From Chiloscyllium plagiosum (Eukaryota), in assembly GCF_004010195.1 (NCBI RefSeq), contig NC_057755.1, positions 1,105,306 through 1,169,305 on the forward strand: DNA of 64,000 nucleotides. The letters run 5' to 3'. How positions within the stretch are numbered: the stretch's first letter is position 1; the number at the start of each line of letters is the position of its first letter. Shown here in pieces: positions 62,810 to 64,000 of the stretch. The notes below the pieces were generated by a model, which was not told the DNA's origin, did not search any database, and saw nothing but the letters and a program-made list of their open reading frames with translations. The position numbers were made by a program, and so were the translations under genes.

Positions 62810-64000
62810 AAGAACAAAGAACAAAGAAAATTTACAGCCCAGAAACAGGCCCTTCGGCCCTCCAAGCTGAGCCGATACAAATGTACTGTCTAAACCTGTC
62901 GATCAATTCCTAAGTATTTATATTCCTCTACTCCCCACCTACTCATGCATCTGTTCAGGCGCATCTTAAGTGCATCTACAGTGTCTGCCTCTACTACCGC
63001 GGCTGATAACGCGTTCCAAACACCCACCACCCTCTGTGTGAAGTACTTGCCACGTGTATCCCCCTTAAACTTTCCACCTCTCACTTTGAAAGCATGAACT
63101 CTCGTTATTGAATCCTGCACCCTGGGAAAAAGCTTGTCTCTATCCACCCTGCCTATACCTTCTTGATTTTGTAAACCTCAATCAGGTCCCCCCTCAATCT
63201 CCTTTTTTTTCTAGTGAAAATGCACCTAACCTACTCAATCTCTCTTCAGAGCTAGCACTTTCCATACCTGGCAACATCCTCGAAAGCCTTCTCTGTACCC
63301 TCTCCTAAGCATCCACATCCTTTTGGTAATGTGGCGACCAGAAGTGTACACAGTATTCTAAATGCGGCCGAACCAATGTCTTGTAAAATTTTAACATGAC
63401 TTGTCAGCTCTTATACTCAATACCCCGTCTAATGAAGGCAAGCATACTATATGCCTTCTTGATCACTCTATCCATCTATGCAGCAACATTCAGGGTAAAA
63501 TGCACTCGCACTCCCAGATCTCTCTGCCCATCAACTTATCCAAATGCTCTTCCATTCAATGTATAATTCGCTCTAGAATTAGACTTGCCTAAATGCATCA
63601 CCTCACATTTGTCTGGATTGAACTCCATCTGCCACTTTTCTGCCCAACTCTCCAGTCTATCTATATCCTCCTGTATTCTGTGACAGTCCCTTATGCTTTC
63701 TGCTACTCCACCAATCTTTGTGTCATATGCAAACTTGCTGATCATATCAAAAGTGCCCTCTTCTAGATCATTTATGTATATTACAAACAACGGTGGCCCC
63801 AATACTGACCCCTGTGGAACACCATTGGTCACCTTTCACCATTTCGAGAAACTCCCTTCAACTACTACTCTCTATCTCCTGTTGCTCAACCAGTTCTTTA
63901 TCCCCTAGCTAGATCACCCTGCACACCATGTGACTTCACTTTCTCCATTAGTCTACAATGGGGAACCTTATCAAACGCCTTACTAAATTCCATGAATCTG
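62810..64000 (-). mobile_element. CR1 LINE (different subfamily) 3' part, cut by the window edge
   Basis: GVPQGSVLGPPLFVIYINDL and WAEKWQMEFNPDKCEVMH; (gaacaaa)n tail at 62810. Confidence 0.92.

Overview
Eukaryotic, repeat-dense vertebrate DNA. The HE1/V-SINEs, CR1 LINEs, Penelope-like elements and receptor type indicate a cartilaginous fish, probably a shark (inference from repeat families). The window holds part of a tandem array of two-exon class A (rhodopsin-like) GPCR genes of the kind usually annotated in sharks as 'probable GPR139': one intact gene (exons 33350-33416 and 36511-37397, 317 aa), one frameshifted pseudogene exon (22333-23199) and two orphan exon-1 remnants (~2130-2230, ~5541-5565). 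An isolated ribonuclease-inhibitor-type LRR exon (NLR-like) lies on the minus strand at 59334-59492. Most of the rest is transposon-derived: many CR1 LINEs (including a multi-layer nest at 9.3-21.5 kb), a decayed full-length Penelope-like element (RT + GIY-YIG) with hammerhead-like motifs in its pseudo-LTRs, several short TSD-flanked hammerhead-core elements (three of them fold-backs, one enclosing about 540 bp of unrelated sequence), an RTE fragment, solo LTRs, MITEs, HE1 SINEs and low-complexity repeats. All calls were made by eye without database searches, and TE boundaries are approximate.
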